From: Octopus sinensis
Lineage: Eukaryota
Length of the DNA stretch: 64,000 nt
Assembly (NCBI RefSeq): GCF_006345805.1
Contig: NC_042997.1
Coordinates: 37,200,001 to 37,264,000 of the forward strand
Direction of reading: 5' to 3'
Shown: one piece after another, positions 13,949 through 27,768 of the stretch
How the letters are laid out: the number at the start of each line of letters is the position of its first letter
Numbering within the stretch: the stretch's first letter is position 1
Notes under the pieces: generated by a model
The model's database searches: none
The model's input: the letters and a program-made list of their open reading frames with translations, nothing else
Told to the model about the DNA's origin: nothing
Made by a program: the position numbers and the translations under genes

Positions 13949-16338
13949 TAATATATATATATAGAGAGAGAGAGAGAGATGTAAGTATGTATGTATGTAT
14001 GTGCCAGAACAAGCAAGGGGCACTAAGTACGGGAAAGTCAAAGGTAAACGTTATTTATTTAATTCATTTGTAAATTGAAATTAACATTTTTGTCTATTCA
14101 AGAGATTAGTAGTTCTTATTGGGAGTTCTTGTTTCTTTTATATATGTATGTATATACATATATATATATGTGTGTGTGTGTGTGTGTTGTGTGTGTATGT
14201 TTATGTGTGTATATATATATATATGTATGTATGTATATATTCGTTTTGATCTCTCACCTCTCGCGGCGTACACGTAATGTATATACATATGTATATATAT
14301 GTGTGTATATATATATGTATGTATACATATATGTATATATATGTATATAAATATATGTATTGTGTGTGTGTGTGTGTGTGTATATACATATATACATACT
14401 CATAATTTGTATATATGCGCATGTATTTGTTCATTTGTATACTTAAAAATACTGCTCAAGGAAATACTCCATACATATATAACATGCAATTAGAACCTAA
14501 CTCATTTAATACTGTTTCTCTTTGATCATCTAATTGAATAGCAAATCATTTTAACGATGGGAAATCGAGTTAAAATATTTGATTAGTGAATCGCTTGAAG
14601 CCTTTCAATGAATTCAGATAAAGCAAGTGGCGCAACAAGTTTTAATTCCAAATTAATTTATTTATATGTTGTGCATTCATTTCCAGCATGGTAGAGAGGT
14701 TGGTTCTATTGCTCTGTCCGAAAACGTGTTTGTGTCTATTTGTCCGTTAATACGAATACATGTGTATGAGTGATCTTTCATCTATTCCGTTTCGGATACA
14801 TCTATTGTCGTGGTGAAATATCTCGCGATTTACATACCTTTTAATGCTAAACAAATTAGAATGCATCAATAGAGAGCGTTTATGAATGTATCAAATAATC
14901 TCTGGTACAGATTTAAATTAATATGTAATTTTCATTTTCATTTCCTTTTCTCTGTCATTGTTTCAACTTATATACAGTTTAGCATCTCTCCAATGTAGAC
15001 TTCATAATTGCTTTTCTTTTTTTCATGGTCTTATTAAGAGAAACAGAAAGAGTAAAGCAATATAAGCACTTCTTATACGATCAAAAATCACGAATGTAGG
15101 GAGAAATATGATCGATAAAATATATACTGTCTTAGCACTTGTATTTATTTATATGATAAACTGTTGTAGAGAATTGTAAATGCTCTCTAAATTTAAACAA
15201 GCTAGTAAGGGGGATTTGAAATAACAAGAGTGGAAATCTGTGGTTACATAATACTCCCTCAACCGTGTAGAAAGCATTCGTTCATTCATTCTACACGCAC
15301 CATTCAACCTCAAATATAAAACTACATCTTAGGTAAGGTATTCGTAGTTCTACATTTGTCAATATACCTTATTGAAGCAAAGTAACAAGCAGAATCGTTG
15401 GTGCGTATGAAGACTTACTCGCAGTATTTGATACCTGTTTGTACATTATGAAATGAAATCCAACCATTGCCAGCTTTCGCCTCCACTTTTCAAGGTCAAT
15501 ATAATAAAATACCATTGATTTAGTGTGCTTTCTGCTATTGATGTTTAAGATTGCGCCTAAGTTAAAAACAATATCGCTTTAGTTCAATTCTTCAAAGTTC
15601 CACATTTCGTTCTCTCCAGTGCAACGAATATGTAATATAAATATTTTGTTTGTGTTCAGATTTTGTCATTATTTCTTTTTTATCCACCACTTCTCACATA
15701 TTCGTTTACGATATATATATATGTGTTTTTATACACGTAACATCTATAAAGCGAGGATATGTGGAAAAGGTATATTATAATAGTATACGCATATTGAATA
15801 ATAAGCACCACTGTATAAGTTTGAATATAGAATGCATATATGTAATTTCAAACTGGGGAATTACCCCTCTTCACAATTTAGCAACTGAATATGGGACTTG
15901 GATTCTCTCCAAAAGAAGTCAACTAAGTTACAAGCATTCGGACAGGGTTACCGGTTTCCGCTCACCAATCTCATTTTTCGTCTTGAGCCGTTGGAAAAAA
16001 GCAATCGTCAACTGCATTTATGATTACTATAATACAATATGTATGTGCGCGCATGCATGTATGTTTGTGTGCCTGTGTGTGTTTGCGTGAGTTTGTGTGT
16101 GCTTTTATGCACTTATTTCAGAATCACCAAGGTTTTTTGGTGATGGGCAAATAGCTTCCTGAATATGAGCGCGATGGATTTAAACGATATATAATATATA
16201 TATAAGAAATAGTAAAGTGTGAAAAAACGACAGAAGGCTTAAATGTTAAAAAAATTATATATATTGTGTCAAAAAGTCTGGAGAATATTGGAAAAATTTT
16301 TTTCCTTTCCTTAAAATGACATAATTTTAAAATTTTTA

Positions 16339-16378
16339 AAGAAATTACCGGTTTCGCGTGTAGCTTTTCAAATTTCTT
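16339..16378 (-). ncRNA. Minimal hammerhead motif, U3-A8 core (left pLTR arm)
   Basis: Reverse complement of 18867-18906. Confidence 0.7.
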
Positions 16379-18866
16379 GTGACGTTATGTTTATATTGTA
16401 TGGAATTATCGTGTTTTTATTTTCCAGGAGATTTCTAAATAAGGGGAGGTAGTGAGTGATTTTTTCCGGTGTAGGGGAGATAATCGCTTAAAAATTTTTT
16501 TTTTCCCATTTCCTTGTTAATTTCTCTGTGTCAGTATGTTCGGATGGTTGAGTCTGGGTTTGTACTTTTCAATGAAGAATGTTTCCTTGTTCAGTCTCAT
16601 TTGTGTTGATGATCCGAAAGCACATTGGTAAAATGGGAAGAAGATTAAAATTGTGGGCAGTAGTTGCTTTGCGCATTTCTCAATGTGCTCACTAAAAGGT
16701 ATCATTCTTATATCTGGGAATGCAATCTGTTGTCGATGCAGTGTGCATCTGCGCCTGAGTGATAGTCCCGTGGAACCCAACGTAGTCTTGGTGGCAGCCC
16801 GAGCATTTAATAACATAAATTATGTTTTCAGAGGCACAAGTAAAGTTAGATTTGATCTTAAATTTCTGTCCCTCTTTAAAGAAGAATTCTGATCCTTCCA
16901 ATAGGTTAGGACATGTTGCACAGTTCGATCTACCACATTTTTTACTTTTGCATCCGTAATTTTAGAAGACAATTCTGCCCTTGTGAGAATCTTTTTAAGT
17001 GATTTAGGCTGTTTGTAGCTTTATTAATTTGGTGTATATTAGAATTTCCTTTAATTTTGGGTTTTTATGAAGTATTGGTAAATTCTGGGTGATGATGGTG
17101 AAGGCTTCTTGTTTCTGGGGTTGTATGTAGATATGTAAGGTAGTATTTCGGGGAAGGTGTGTTGTTGTGTTGAACTTTTCTTAAAGTTTCTATGTTGATT
17201 TCTGTTGCACGTCTGATCCCATCCTCTATGAGTTGAGCTGGGTAATGTATGTCAATTAGGGGTTTTTGAGTCTTGTAGTCTAAAGTTCCTGGTATTTTGT
17301 TCTGACACTATTGTGCATATCCTTCTTGCAAGGTTGAAGGGGATGTTTGTTTTAGTGTGTCTTGGGTGGCATGAATTAAAAAAAAGGTATTGTTTGGCGT
17401 CTGTGGCTTTGGCTTTGTAAAAAATGTCTGTTTCTATTTTTAAGGTAATTTTTTTAATTAGTATACAAGAACGGGAGCTCCTTTTGGTTGTATTCCATTG
17501 TGAACTGTATATTTGGGTTTATGCTGTTCAATAGGTTTTAAATTTTAGAGTATCTATGTTTTCATTCCAGAGAATGAAACAATCGTCTAGGAATCGTTTC
17601 CAATTCTCTTTTATGTATTGAGAGAGGGAGTTTCCAAAGATTGATAGAGATTCCGGTAAATGATTATTTCCATGTATCCCATTGTTAAGTTCGCAATGAC
17701 TGGTGCTGCCCTTGTACCCATAGCAATTCCGGATTTTTGACGGTAAAATGTATTGTCAAACATGAAGTGGTTATTGTGTAGGATGAATTCAATTGATTTA
17801 GTAATGAATTCCTTACTGATCCTTTTTGGTATTTCTTCCGGAAATTGGTCTAACCAGAATTGTATTGCCTCCAGTCCATAATTATGAGGTATACTGGTAT
17901 ACAAGTTGACTACATCAAATGAAACCAGGATTGTTTCTTCCTTGGTTTTTTTGGAAGGTGGTTTAACATATCGAAGTCATCTCTGATATGGCTATCGATA
18001 TGTTAAGGAAGGGTTTTCAGAGGATGTCCATAAGTAGACTTAGTCTGTGTGTTTCACAGTTGGGCCAGCTACAATGGGTCGTAGTTTTAGGTCCCCGGAT
18101 TAGTGTGTGTATGTATGTCTTTGGTGATTTTTTAATGGTTTCATTTATAATTTGACTTTTATGAATTTTTGGCAGACCATAGAAAGGATAGGTTTGCATT
18201 TAAAGTTTGTTAGGAAATCAATCTCTTTGGTTGTCAGTTCCTTTTCATGGGTTTTATTAGTGAAGATAGAGTTTCATTATTTTTGTGGGGTGTATGTTGG
18301 TAATTTTTTCATAATGTAGGTCTTCATCAAGCAAGGAAATTACAAGATTTCTGTAGTATCTTCTTTAAAGAGGGACAGAAATTTAAGATCAAATCTAACT
18401 TTACTTGTGCCTCTGAAAACATAATTTATGTTATTAAATGCTCGGGCTGCCACCAAGACTACGTGGGTTCCACGGGACTATCACTCAGGCGCAGATGCAC
18501 ACTGCATCGACAACAGATTGCATTCCCAGAATATAGAATGATACCTTTTAGTGAGCACATTGAGAATGCGCAAAGCAACTACTGCCACAATTTTTAATCT
18601 TCCCATTTTACCAATGTGCTTTCGGATCATCAACACAAATGAGACTGAACAAGGATGAAACAGGAACATTCTTATTGAAAAGTACAAACCCAGACTCAAC
18701 CATCCGACATACTGACACAGAGAAATTAACAAGGAAATGGGAAAAAAAATTTTTTAAGCGATTATCTCCCCGTACACCGGAAAAAATCACTCACTACCTC
18801 CCCTTATTTAGAAATCTCCTGGAAATAAAAACAACGATAATCCATACAATATAAACATAACGTCAC

Positions 18867-18906
18867 AAGAAATTTGAAAAGCTACACGCGAAACCGGTAA
18901 TTTCTT
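18867..18906 (+). ncRNA. Minimal hammerhead motif, U3-A8 core (right pLTR arm)
   Basis: AAGAAAT-TTGAAAA-GC-tacac-GC-GAAA-CCGGT-A-ATTTCTT: 7-bp stem I, 2-bp stem II, palindromic helix III ACCGGT, GUA triplet. Confidence 0.7.
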
Positions 18907-19691
18907 TAAAAATTTTAAATTTATGTCATTTTAAGGAAAGGAAAAAATTTTTCCAATATCTCCAGACATTTTGACACAAATATATATATTTTTAACATTA
19001 AGCCTTCTGTGCGTTTTTCCACACTTTACTATTTTCTTATATATTCACCCACGGCTTTACCAAACAAACTTTCTATTCTCTACATATTATATATATATAT
19101 ATATTATATATATATATACACCATATTATATAGGTTATATATATATATATGCATATATTTATAATATATATATATATATATTATATATATATATATTAAT
19201 ATATATATATATATATGCGACGAGGTATGCTACAGATATATTTATATATATATTTACTTTCGTATTATACATCTACCTCTATTTCTCATAAGTATCACAG
19301 GCAAGTGCATATATGTCTATTGCGTGTATTACCCTGTACGTTTCTGTGTGTTATTTATGATTTTTTTCCTGTCTCTTCTTATCGCTATTGTTTTCAGTCA
19401 TGTCGTGTGATGTGGTGGTAGGTGTTATTGTTCCATTCGTGTTGTCGGGTCTTCCGACAGCAGCAAAGGAAGGTGAGTCACGAGGCTGAGGGGTAGGCTA
19501 CAATGGTACTAAAAATTATGACACACATACACGCATGCACACACACATACGCACACAATCACATACACACAGAGGAACAAGGACACAAACGCATGAGCAC
19601 ATAAGGAAGATGTCACAGATGCATAAGAAAAGATTCTGGACAATGGACATGAGTTAAAATAATAAAATAAGAACAATAATAAGAGTGACGA

Positions 19692-19753
<62 letters not shown>

Positions 19754-19919
19754 CTATATATATATGTATATTTATATATATATATATATATATACATGTA
19801 GTGGGCGTGTGTTTATTTGGCAAAAAGAAAAAATGACCGTCCTAAAATCAACTATGCTGTTTTAACGCACAATTTCACATAAGAAATCCTGCAAATCGAA
19901 TTGATAAAAGTATATATAA

Positions 19920-19991
<72 letters not shown>

Positions 19992-22900
19992 AAATATTAT
20001 ATATACAGGACAATCGACAAAGAGGAAAAAGGGTAAAGGTGGACAGAACTTCAACCCATTGAATTTTCATTACAAAGCAATATCTCTCTTTTTTCTCCAC
20101 TCCTTTTCCGTTTTCATTGTATATCTATCAACTTATTTGTAAACAAACATTTTCTCATAGAGGGAGGTAATGGCACGATGTCCTTTCAAGTTGTCAATTT
20201 TAGGTAGTAGAACGGGCCAGATAAGGAAAGAGAGGAACAGAAATATTTTTTTTTTTCTTAAGTGAGTGAAATCATAACAGTAAATTTCAAACATAAAAAG
20301 GAGTTCAAAGGCGAATGAGAATGTAGATTCCTTCGCACTTGTAGAGCCAATTCTTATACACTGTGTAATGCCATGTTTTCCACAAACACTAAATATCAGT
20401 ACAACGTTCATAACTTAGGAAAATAAAGTCATAATATAAAAAATATCTTAAGTACGGTACTGCTTATAACAGTGTGTGTGTGTGTGAGTGTGTGTATACA
20501 TCAAAAGGATGCGTTATAATACTATTCCACATAGACAAAAACACCCATACCAGCAATCCAACATACCTCGATCATCAGCTGCCCCACGAATGTCATTATG
20601 GTTTCAACACCTGGGCAGTACCATTCAATCTGGCGGTGTCAACAGAACTGAAAAACCAAAGAAACCACAAGTTTCAAACACATTTACCCTTTGTACAACC
20701 GTATCGGCAAAAAAATTCAATAAATAAATTACAACCAACTACAAATTACATAACAAAACAGCGGTCAATCCATTTAGTCATACAAAAAGTATATTCCCTA
20801 CCGTCTTCCATATTATAATATACAAGTGCAATCTTACTAATCATATTCATTCAAGAAATAAAATTATAGGCAGGATTAAACAATAACTTTAATAAAACTA
20901 CAACAAAGATACACACAAACCAATGCATATTGTATTGTTATTAGTAGTAAACCTTCAATAACTAAATTATATCCTAAATCGCGAGCAATATTTAAGTTCA
21001 TATGAATAATATTCTCACCAGTCTTCCATAGTTATTTCTACAATAAAAAAAAAGCTTTATATAAATCTCTCACAAACAAAACACACAATTTAATTTAAGT
21101 TAACTAATAATGTAATACTTATAAGTGAATACATTATTTCATCATTCAAAAGTTAATAATAAAACACTACATACTGATTAATATATCACCACTACAAGCT
21201 ATAATATCAAATTACCAATAACTAATACAGTCATTAAATTTTATTTAATAAGAACTATATATATAAATGGAAGTATGTGTATGCATACATGAATACATAA
21301 TAAATTTAACTATCATTAACAATTCAAGTGGTTGCTGACGACGCGGAAGCTTTATGTGAGAAGCGATATGGTCAAGTGTCTATTTTCACGTTGTTCAATG
21401 AGAGAATATTATCTCTGTAAATAAAACAACCCGCATATTGAAACTGGTTTTGAAGAGAGGTAAACTAAATATGGATCTTTCATATTTAGATAATACGATG
21501 AGAATATGTTCTGAATTAGTATTAGTACCGAAATGGGTTCTAGTCAAACTGATTCGCAAAATATGCATACTTTAAAAGGAAGTAAAAATTTATAAATCTG
21601 TTCATTGCTATGAATGTACGATGTTGTGGGGACAAAAAATGAGTGAAAATTTGCACAGGTTTAAAAATTGGAAAAACTGTATTTTTAACCAATAGCAGAG
21701 AACTTTTCTGCGATTAAAGAAGCGTTGTCAATTTTATATTTGTACCCTGCGAAATTTATAGTTTAGCGTCTGTGAAATTACTTATTCATTGTAAGTTTCT
21801 ACATAATCATAAATACCTAATAAAATAAACGAGTATCGTCTTAATTTGTTATAATGCATATGTTTACTTTATGCGTATTTCAGTATTATGTATACATGTT
21901 ATGTATTTGTGTACGTCATAAATATATAAGCGCAAGTGGATGTATGTATTCATATATAAGTTTATATGTATCCATTCGTGTGTGTGTGTGTCCTTGTGAA
22001 AAGGGGGCGTCTGTCTCCAAAACTTCAAAGTTGAGTAACGTGTTCGGCCTTGGATGTGTAAACTACGATAAGAATAACACTGGTCAACAAAGAATGTGTC
22101 CCATGAAAAAGAAATGCGAAGCTAAAGGTTTAAGAAATGATCCTAATTTAAATGCTTATGAATAGAATTGACCTAGTGATATCATAAATCCAGTTATCTC
22201 AGTCTATGAGTCCCTGAAGGTCGGCAATACCATTCAGCTTCAGAAACTCTATTAACATCGTAAACAACTGTTGCTGTATTGGCAGTGGCTTAACATTCAG
22301 GTACCAAAGGTGGCGTTTCACGCTATTGATTACGTGCAGCAAAGACACGGGTGGGGTGAAACACAACACAGCGTACGGTTGCCATGGTCACAAGCTGCTA
22401 ATGACACGGTGTCTGTTGATTGGCTAAAATTACCAAAAGTTTCCAACTTTAATTCCAAATAACAGCAGATACTTCAATTTATGAGATAAAGTAATTGGCG
22501 GATCGTAACTAAATTTCAGAGGTGCATAAATACACCAAAACTGAAAGGCATCTAAGAAAAATTAATCGGAGCTCATTTTCCGAATGAGACTGACAAAATC
22601 TCCGAAATGCACTCCAGAAATACGAGCCGTAAATATGTGTATCCATGCATTCAAATCTATATTAAGGCTCCGCACAAGATACTTTCGTAGTCTTGAGTGT
22701 TTGTGAAGTCATATGGAGAGACTTTTCTCTCACTATTTCTCCAGTCGCTTGATTTGATAAGCATTCTGCTGCACTTTATCTGTTACAATTTTTATCAAAA
22801 AATACGTTTTTGAGGGTATATAAGCTTTCAAAATATTAATCGTATAATAGCAGGAAATCAAGTCATTATTCATTATGTAACATTTTGTAAAAATTTATTT

Positions 22901-24326
22901 TTGTTGTAGTTAGTGATATCTGTAAAATTTACATATTTTTAGAGAAAGAACACCTATGTAAACAATCTTTTAATTGGAACTTGTAGCTTTTTGGGTATTC
23001 ATTTTATAACACTTGGTTAATGCTTTGAACAGAGAGTGTAAGATAATTTAACTAGTAAGGCGGTACAAGATATGCAGTTACTACCAATCAATCACTATTG
23101 TTTATAGAAGAGCTTACATTGTATTATTTATGCTCTAAAAAAATCTGTTGTGAATTTTGATCGACAACAATGACAAAATATTTATCATTCTATTATTGTC
23201 ATTAATATTAATGAAAACATACCTTCAACTTCCAGTGAATAAATCAACACTGTCATATGGCATCAATATGTAAGTGGCACAAATTCGTTGACATAAAAGA
23301 AATGAGCTGGTCTCCATTAACAAACGTTTGTCGTCTTTAAATAAGGCGTATCAGTTATATGATAGTAAATATTCCGTTCTGGCATCCTTATATCTAAGCC
23401 AGGTGAAGCAAAATTCAGCTATAGACATCAGGAATGTCACTTCCAATCATTTTGGTTTATGCGAATATATATAAATACATGTGTGAGAAACTGGATTAGA
23501 AAATCCATCTTTGCATTCAAATGATGGAACGGGTGAATTGAATAAGACTATTTTATCTGAGAAACAGAAGGGAAAAACCAAGGGGTAACAGGAATCATAT
23601 AATGGGAAATTTTCCAGCTAATCGAAATTGAAGAACGAATACAGCAGATCAAGCGAACAATAGGTTACTAGTTTTATTCGATATTTCTCTGGAAGCCTAT
23701 ACCAATTCTACAGACTATTCTACAGAATGAGACTTTTAAACTGCTACCATGTCCTGCTCTATATGTAACTTATTCCGTTATATATATTTGTATGCAGCTT
23801 TTATTCACTATCTCTTGTGGAACTTTACTTAATGCTATAAACAGGCAGAAGAAACGAGAAGTCGTTAAAAGACTGGGACGAGCAGTATACATGAGTATGC
23901 TGGAAACTGATAATACAGCATAAACTTTTAAACGAAAACCATAGAAAACTTGTCAATGATTTATTTACATTTCCAAATGTGCGGTTAATCATTGGTATTT
24001 TAACAATGCTTTAACATACATTTCTTAATTCCAAATATTTTCTGACCTAATATTTTCGATGTTTTTATTAGTAGAAAATGACATATGTTAATCTTAAAAG
24101 ATGCATCTTTCCTAAATGCCAACATTTTTCTTTTCAGAGCATCAAATCAAATACAACGCAACATTTCGGTTCCCAATTTAACGCACGTCAATTATGGTGG
24201 TTGAAGTTTATACGACAGCGACCCTCGAGAGACCGACCGTACATTTTTGCTAGTTGAAGAAATTGCAAGAAATTCCTAATGCAAATCTAGGTATTTCAAT
24301 GGGTAATTTATATATATATGTATATG

Positions 24327-24424
<98 letters not shown>

Positions 24425-25263
24425 GTTTATAGATATGTTGGCAAATATGTCTTCGTAATGCTCAAAAAGATTATATACTTCCATATTTTCATTCGAATCT
24501 GCAAGAGACGTTTGCAAAAATGTACTGTTGTGTCATTTTTATATTTACTATTAGGTATTTCTGTGTCATTTTATACTTGTTGTTATAAAAAATTATTTTT
24601 TCCTATTCATTATTATTCAATAAAGTTATTGTTAATTTGTTAGTACAGCTGCTTGAGTTTTCCAATCTTCTTGTAACAACAGTATACTGTCAATACACCA
24701 TTAATGACTTATGCAATCCAGATGACCACCAGACGACTCCAGAGCCGAAGTGTTGATTTATATCATTTTAAATATTATTTAATACAAAATAATCCTATGG
24801 AATTATCAAGAGATATAAATATAATAACAGTGATTAAGGTAACGTTAAATATTGAATTATGTTAATGAATTATGAAATGTCTTATTAATTCAACAAAAAT
24901 TGTTTTGCAAGTTTGAATCTGTGGCATTGACTTATGAAGGAAGAATGATGGCGTATTTTCTGAAAATTTGACTTTGAAATTTTTTTCCTGACATTGTTAA
25001 CAACAAATATTCAGAAGTTGTTTCTTACCAAAATTCGACTAAGAATACAAAATACGTCAAAATGAATAATGTGATCAAAATTACATATAATACGCACACA
25101 TGCATACGCACATGAACACACAAACACACACATATGTGTACAGACAAATGTGTGTCTATATAAATATAGGACACAATTGTCAAGTATATATACACGTATA
25201 AATACATTGAAACATATATATACATATATATATATACACACACATATATATGCATATATATAT

Positions 25264-25337
<74 letters not shown>

Positions 25338-26837
25338 GTATATATTTATAAATGCATATATACATATGTGAGTGTGTGTGTGTATGTGTGTGTGTTGTAT
25401 GTATGTGTGTATGTATGTATACAAATCTCGCACGCGCACACACGTATACATTTATATACACGTATATACATGAACTTATTTGAACCAAATGACACCAGAA
25501 GTAACATTATTTTAGTACCTTTTTCGGGTCAACGATTTATGAGAGCACATTTGAGAAAAAATACAGTGCCCGTACACAGTCAATTTTACATCGACGGCTG
25601 AAAGCAGGAGGAGCGATGGGATAAGAAAGGGATGAGATAAAGTAGGTATAAATAATAAGAGAAGTGCATATAGCCGTATGAGATGTAGGTTTGCAGGTTC
25701 CCTCATGGGAGGATAGTTTAAACAGAATACACTTTGCAGAATTAGTGTTAATATCAAGATAATGTTATCCGTAGCTGATGTAGAGATTCCATAGTGTTCA
25801 AAGTTATTACACGAAACCAGATATTATCAAAGAAAGAACAAATAAAAATTAAACAAACTAGGGCGGAGGAACAGACATAAAAGAGAAAATGCATTTGGGA
25901 GTTTGGCGGATTTACACTATCTAGCTTTTGTGAAAAGTTACAAGTAAGAAGAAAACATGTCATACCGCAAAGTTTGAATATAACTGAATTGGAGCATCAG
26001 TTAACCGAAAAGTTCCCATGAGGAGCAAAGTGAAATAAGATTTTATGATAACTGAAGTTAGAAATTATGTACAACGACACTCATGTGACGATTTTTATGT
26101 CAGCTACGTAGTTGTGTTGTAAGTCAAGAATACAAGAATGCTATTTGAGAATACAAGAATGCTATTTTGGAATTAATGAATTTGTAGACTTGTGTAGACA
26201 AATGTAACATAAGGTAATTTTAGGGTAATTTTCTATGGTTCTAATTAGAATATCGCAAGGTTTCAAGTAGAAATTGTATCTGTTACATGCCTGTGTATGT
26301 GTGTTTTTTCGGGTGTATGGTTCTTTTGGTGGGTGCATGCGAGTGTGTGTCTGTGAGGTGTGTGTGTGTTTAGGGTGGGATGTGTCTATTGGTAAGTCCA
26401 TGCGAGTGTGTGCGTATACTACAAAGTAATGAGGAAAATCCTCTACAATTGTTATGCTGAACATATACAAAATAGAATATTTACACAGTTGACGGTTTCC
26501 CTTTTTAGCTATTCATGACTGAACAGTTAGTGATGATGTCGTAATTTCACGCTGCCATAGTTAATAGTTCTCGTTCGATGTTGGTCGGGGATTAGATAAT
26601 TTGTAAATCAACATCAAATGGCAACTAATTACGCTAGCATGAAATAATAACATAATCAGTAACTGCTCAGGGATGAATAGCTAAACAATCAAACCCGCTG
26701 ACTATGCAAACATTTTATTTCCTAAATATATTTTTCAACACTGCCTATTCAGTGCATTTCCATTTTTTATTTCTACTATAATTCACCACGTAGAGATATT
26801 TTCGAAATGCACATCTAGACACACACACGCACACAGA

Positions 26838-27768
26838 TATTGAGTGATCACATAAATAATACGGCTTTATTTTATACTTCTTTTATTGTTCAAATTTAAG
26901 ATAAACAAATTTCTTTGTTCTTCTAATATATACTCTTCTTCATTTCCTACAATGTTCTTCCATCTAAATGCCAGACTTTCAAGGCCCTTCTTCCAAAATT
27001 CCCTTGGCCGTGCGGAATAATACTCCTCCACAACTGTTCTGACCTCGTCTACAGAATTTATATTTTTTCCGTGCAAATTGTTTTGAAGACTGCGGAATAA
27101 ATGATAATCAAATGGGTCAATGTACGGCGAAAATGGTGGGTGAGGAATCGTATCCCATTCAAACTACTCCAGCCTTTGGAATGTCATCCTCGCCGTATGT
27201 GGCTGAGTATTTCCTGATGGAAGAACAACTTTCGTCATAAAACCAAAGATCGTTATTTTTCTTCTAGTGCAGGTGACGATGAATGGTTGAATGACTAAAT
27301 CCAAGCTTCTCTGCTAGATCCCCAACAGTTACGATGAGGTTTTTCTACCAGCGTTTACAGGATGTCCTCGTCAGGCTCTACAGATCTTCCAGGATGAGGC
27401 CCGTTTTCTAGGCTGAAGTTACCGGCTCTAAATTTCTGGAACCACATTTGACACTGGCTTCCATTTGTTGTCTGATACCCATATACTGCATTAATATTCC
27501 TTACACTTTCAGTTACGCTGTCGCTATTATTGAACTCATAAAGCAGAATATACCGAATACTTGACACTTGCTCTCTCACTTCCATTATAGCTTTGAAAGA
27601 TAACTGTTACAATCGAAGTGCACTCTTCAAAACTTGCACTAACAATAAAGACAAGGTAACATTACTACCTGCATTTATAGCAAGTTGCTGCAAGTAGTTT
27701 ATCTCGTCCCCCTCTGGCTTTGAGATCAAACAATTGAAAATACTGCATATTTTATGGGATAAACCGAT
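26838..27768 (-). mobile_element. Internally deleted mariner (DD34D-type) relic
   Basis: N-terminal IRYILLYEF...WFQKFRAGNFSLE..P.PGR (27355-27585) and C-terminal PPFSPYIDPFDYHLFRSLQNNL...WKKGLESLAFRWKNIV..EYI; degenerate TIR-like ends. Confidence 0.85.

Larger units (their letters stand above)
16195..19045 (-). mobile_element. Penelope-like element with inverted pLTR: 5'-truncated RT + GIY-YIG on the minus strand, plus an inverted copy of its 3' ~690 bp (18355-19045, +)
   Basis: Minus strand: FYGLPKIHK, DVVNLYTSIPH, QKSGIAMGTRAAPVIANL, WKRFLDD, HPRHTKTNIPFNLARRIC, NIIYVIKCSGCHQDYVGSTG (GIY-YIG). 16195-16885 is the reverse complement of 18355-19045. Many 1-bp indels. Confidence 0.92.

Noticed and set aside
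15935-15995. GAAACCGGTA motif on the minus strand resembling the PLE hammerhead 3' half
   Set aside because: No recognisable core or stem I partner upstream.
22270-22460. Slightly GC-richer patch with a CCAAT-like ATTGG motif and a 63-aa ORF
   Set aside because: Short motifs are expected by chance, and there is no linked exon or TSS evidence.
24126-24295. Acceptor-like ttttcttttcAG and donor-like ctag|GTATTT suggesting a plus-strand exon
   Set aside because: All three frames contain stops; at best non-coding, with no other support.
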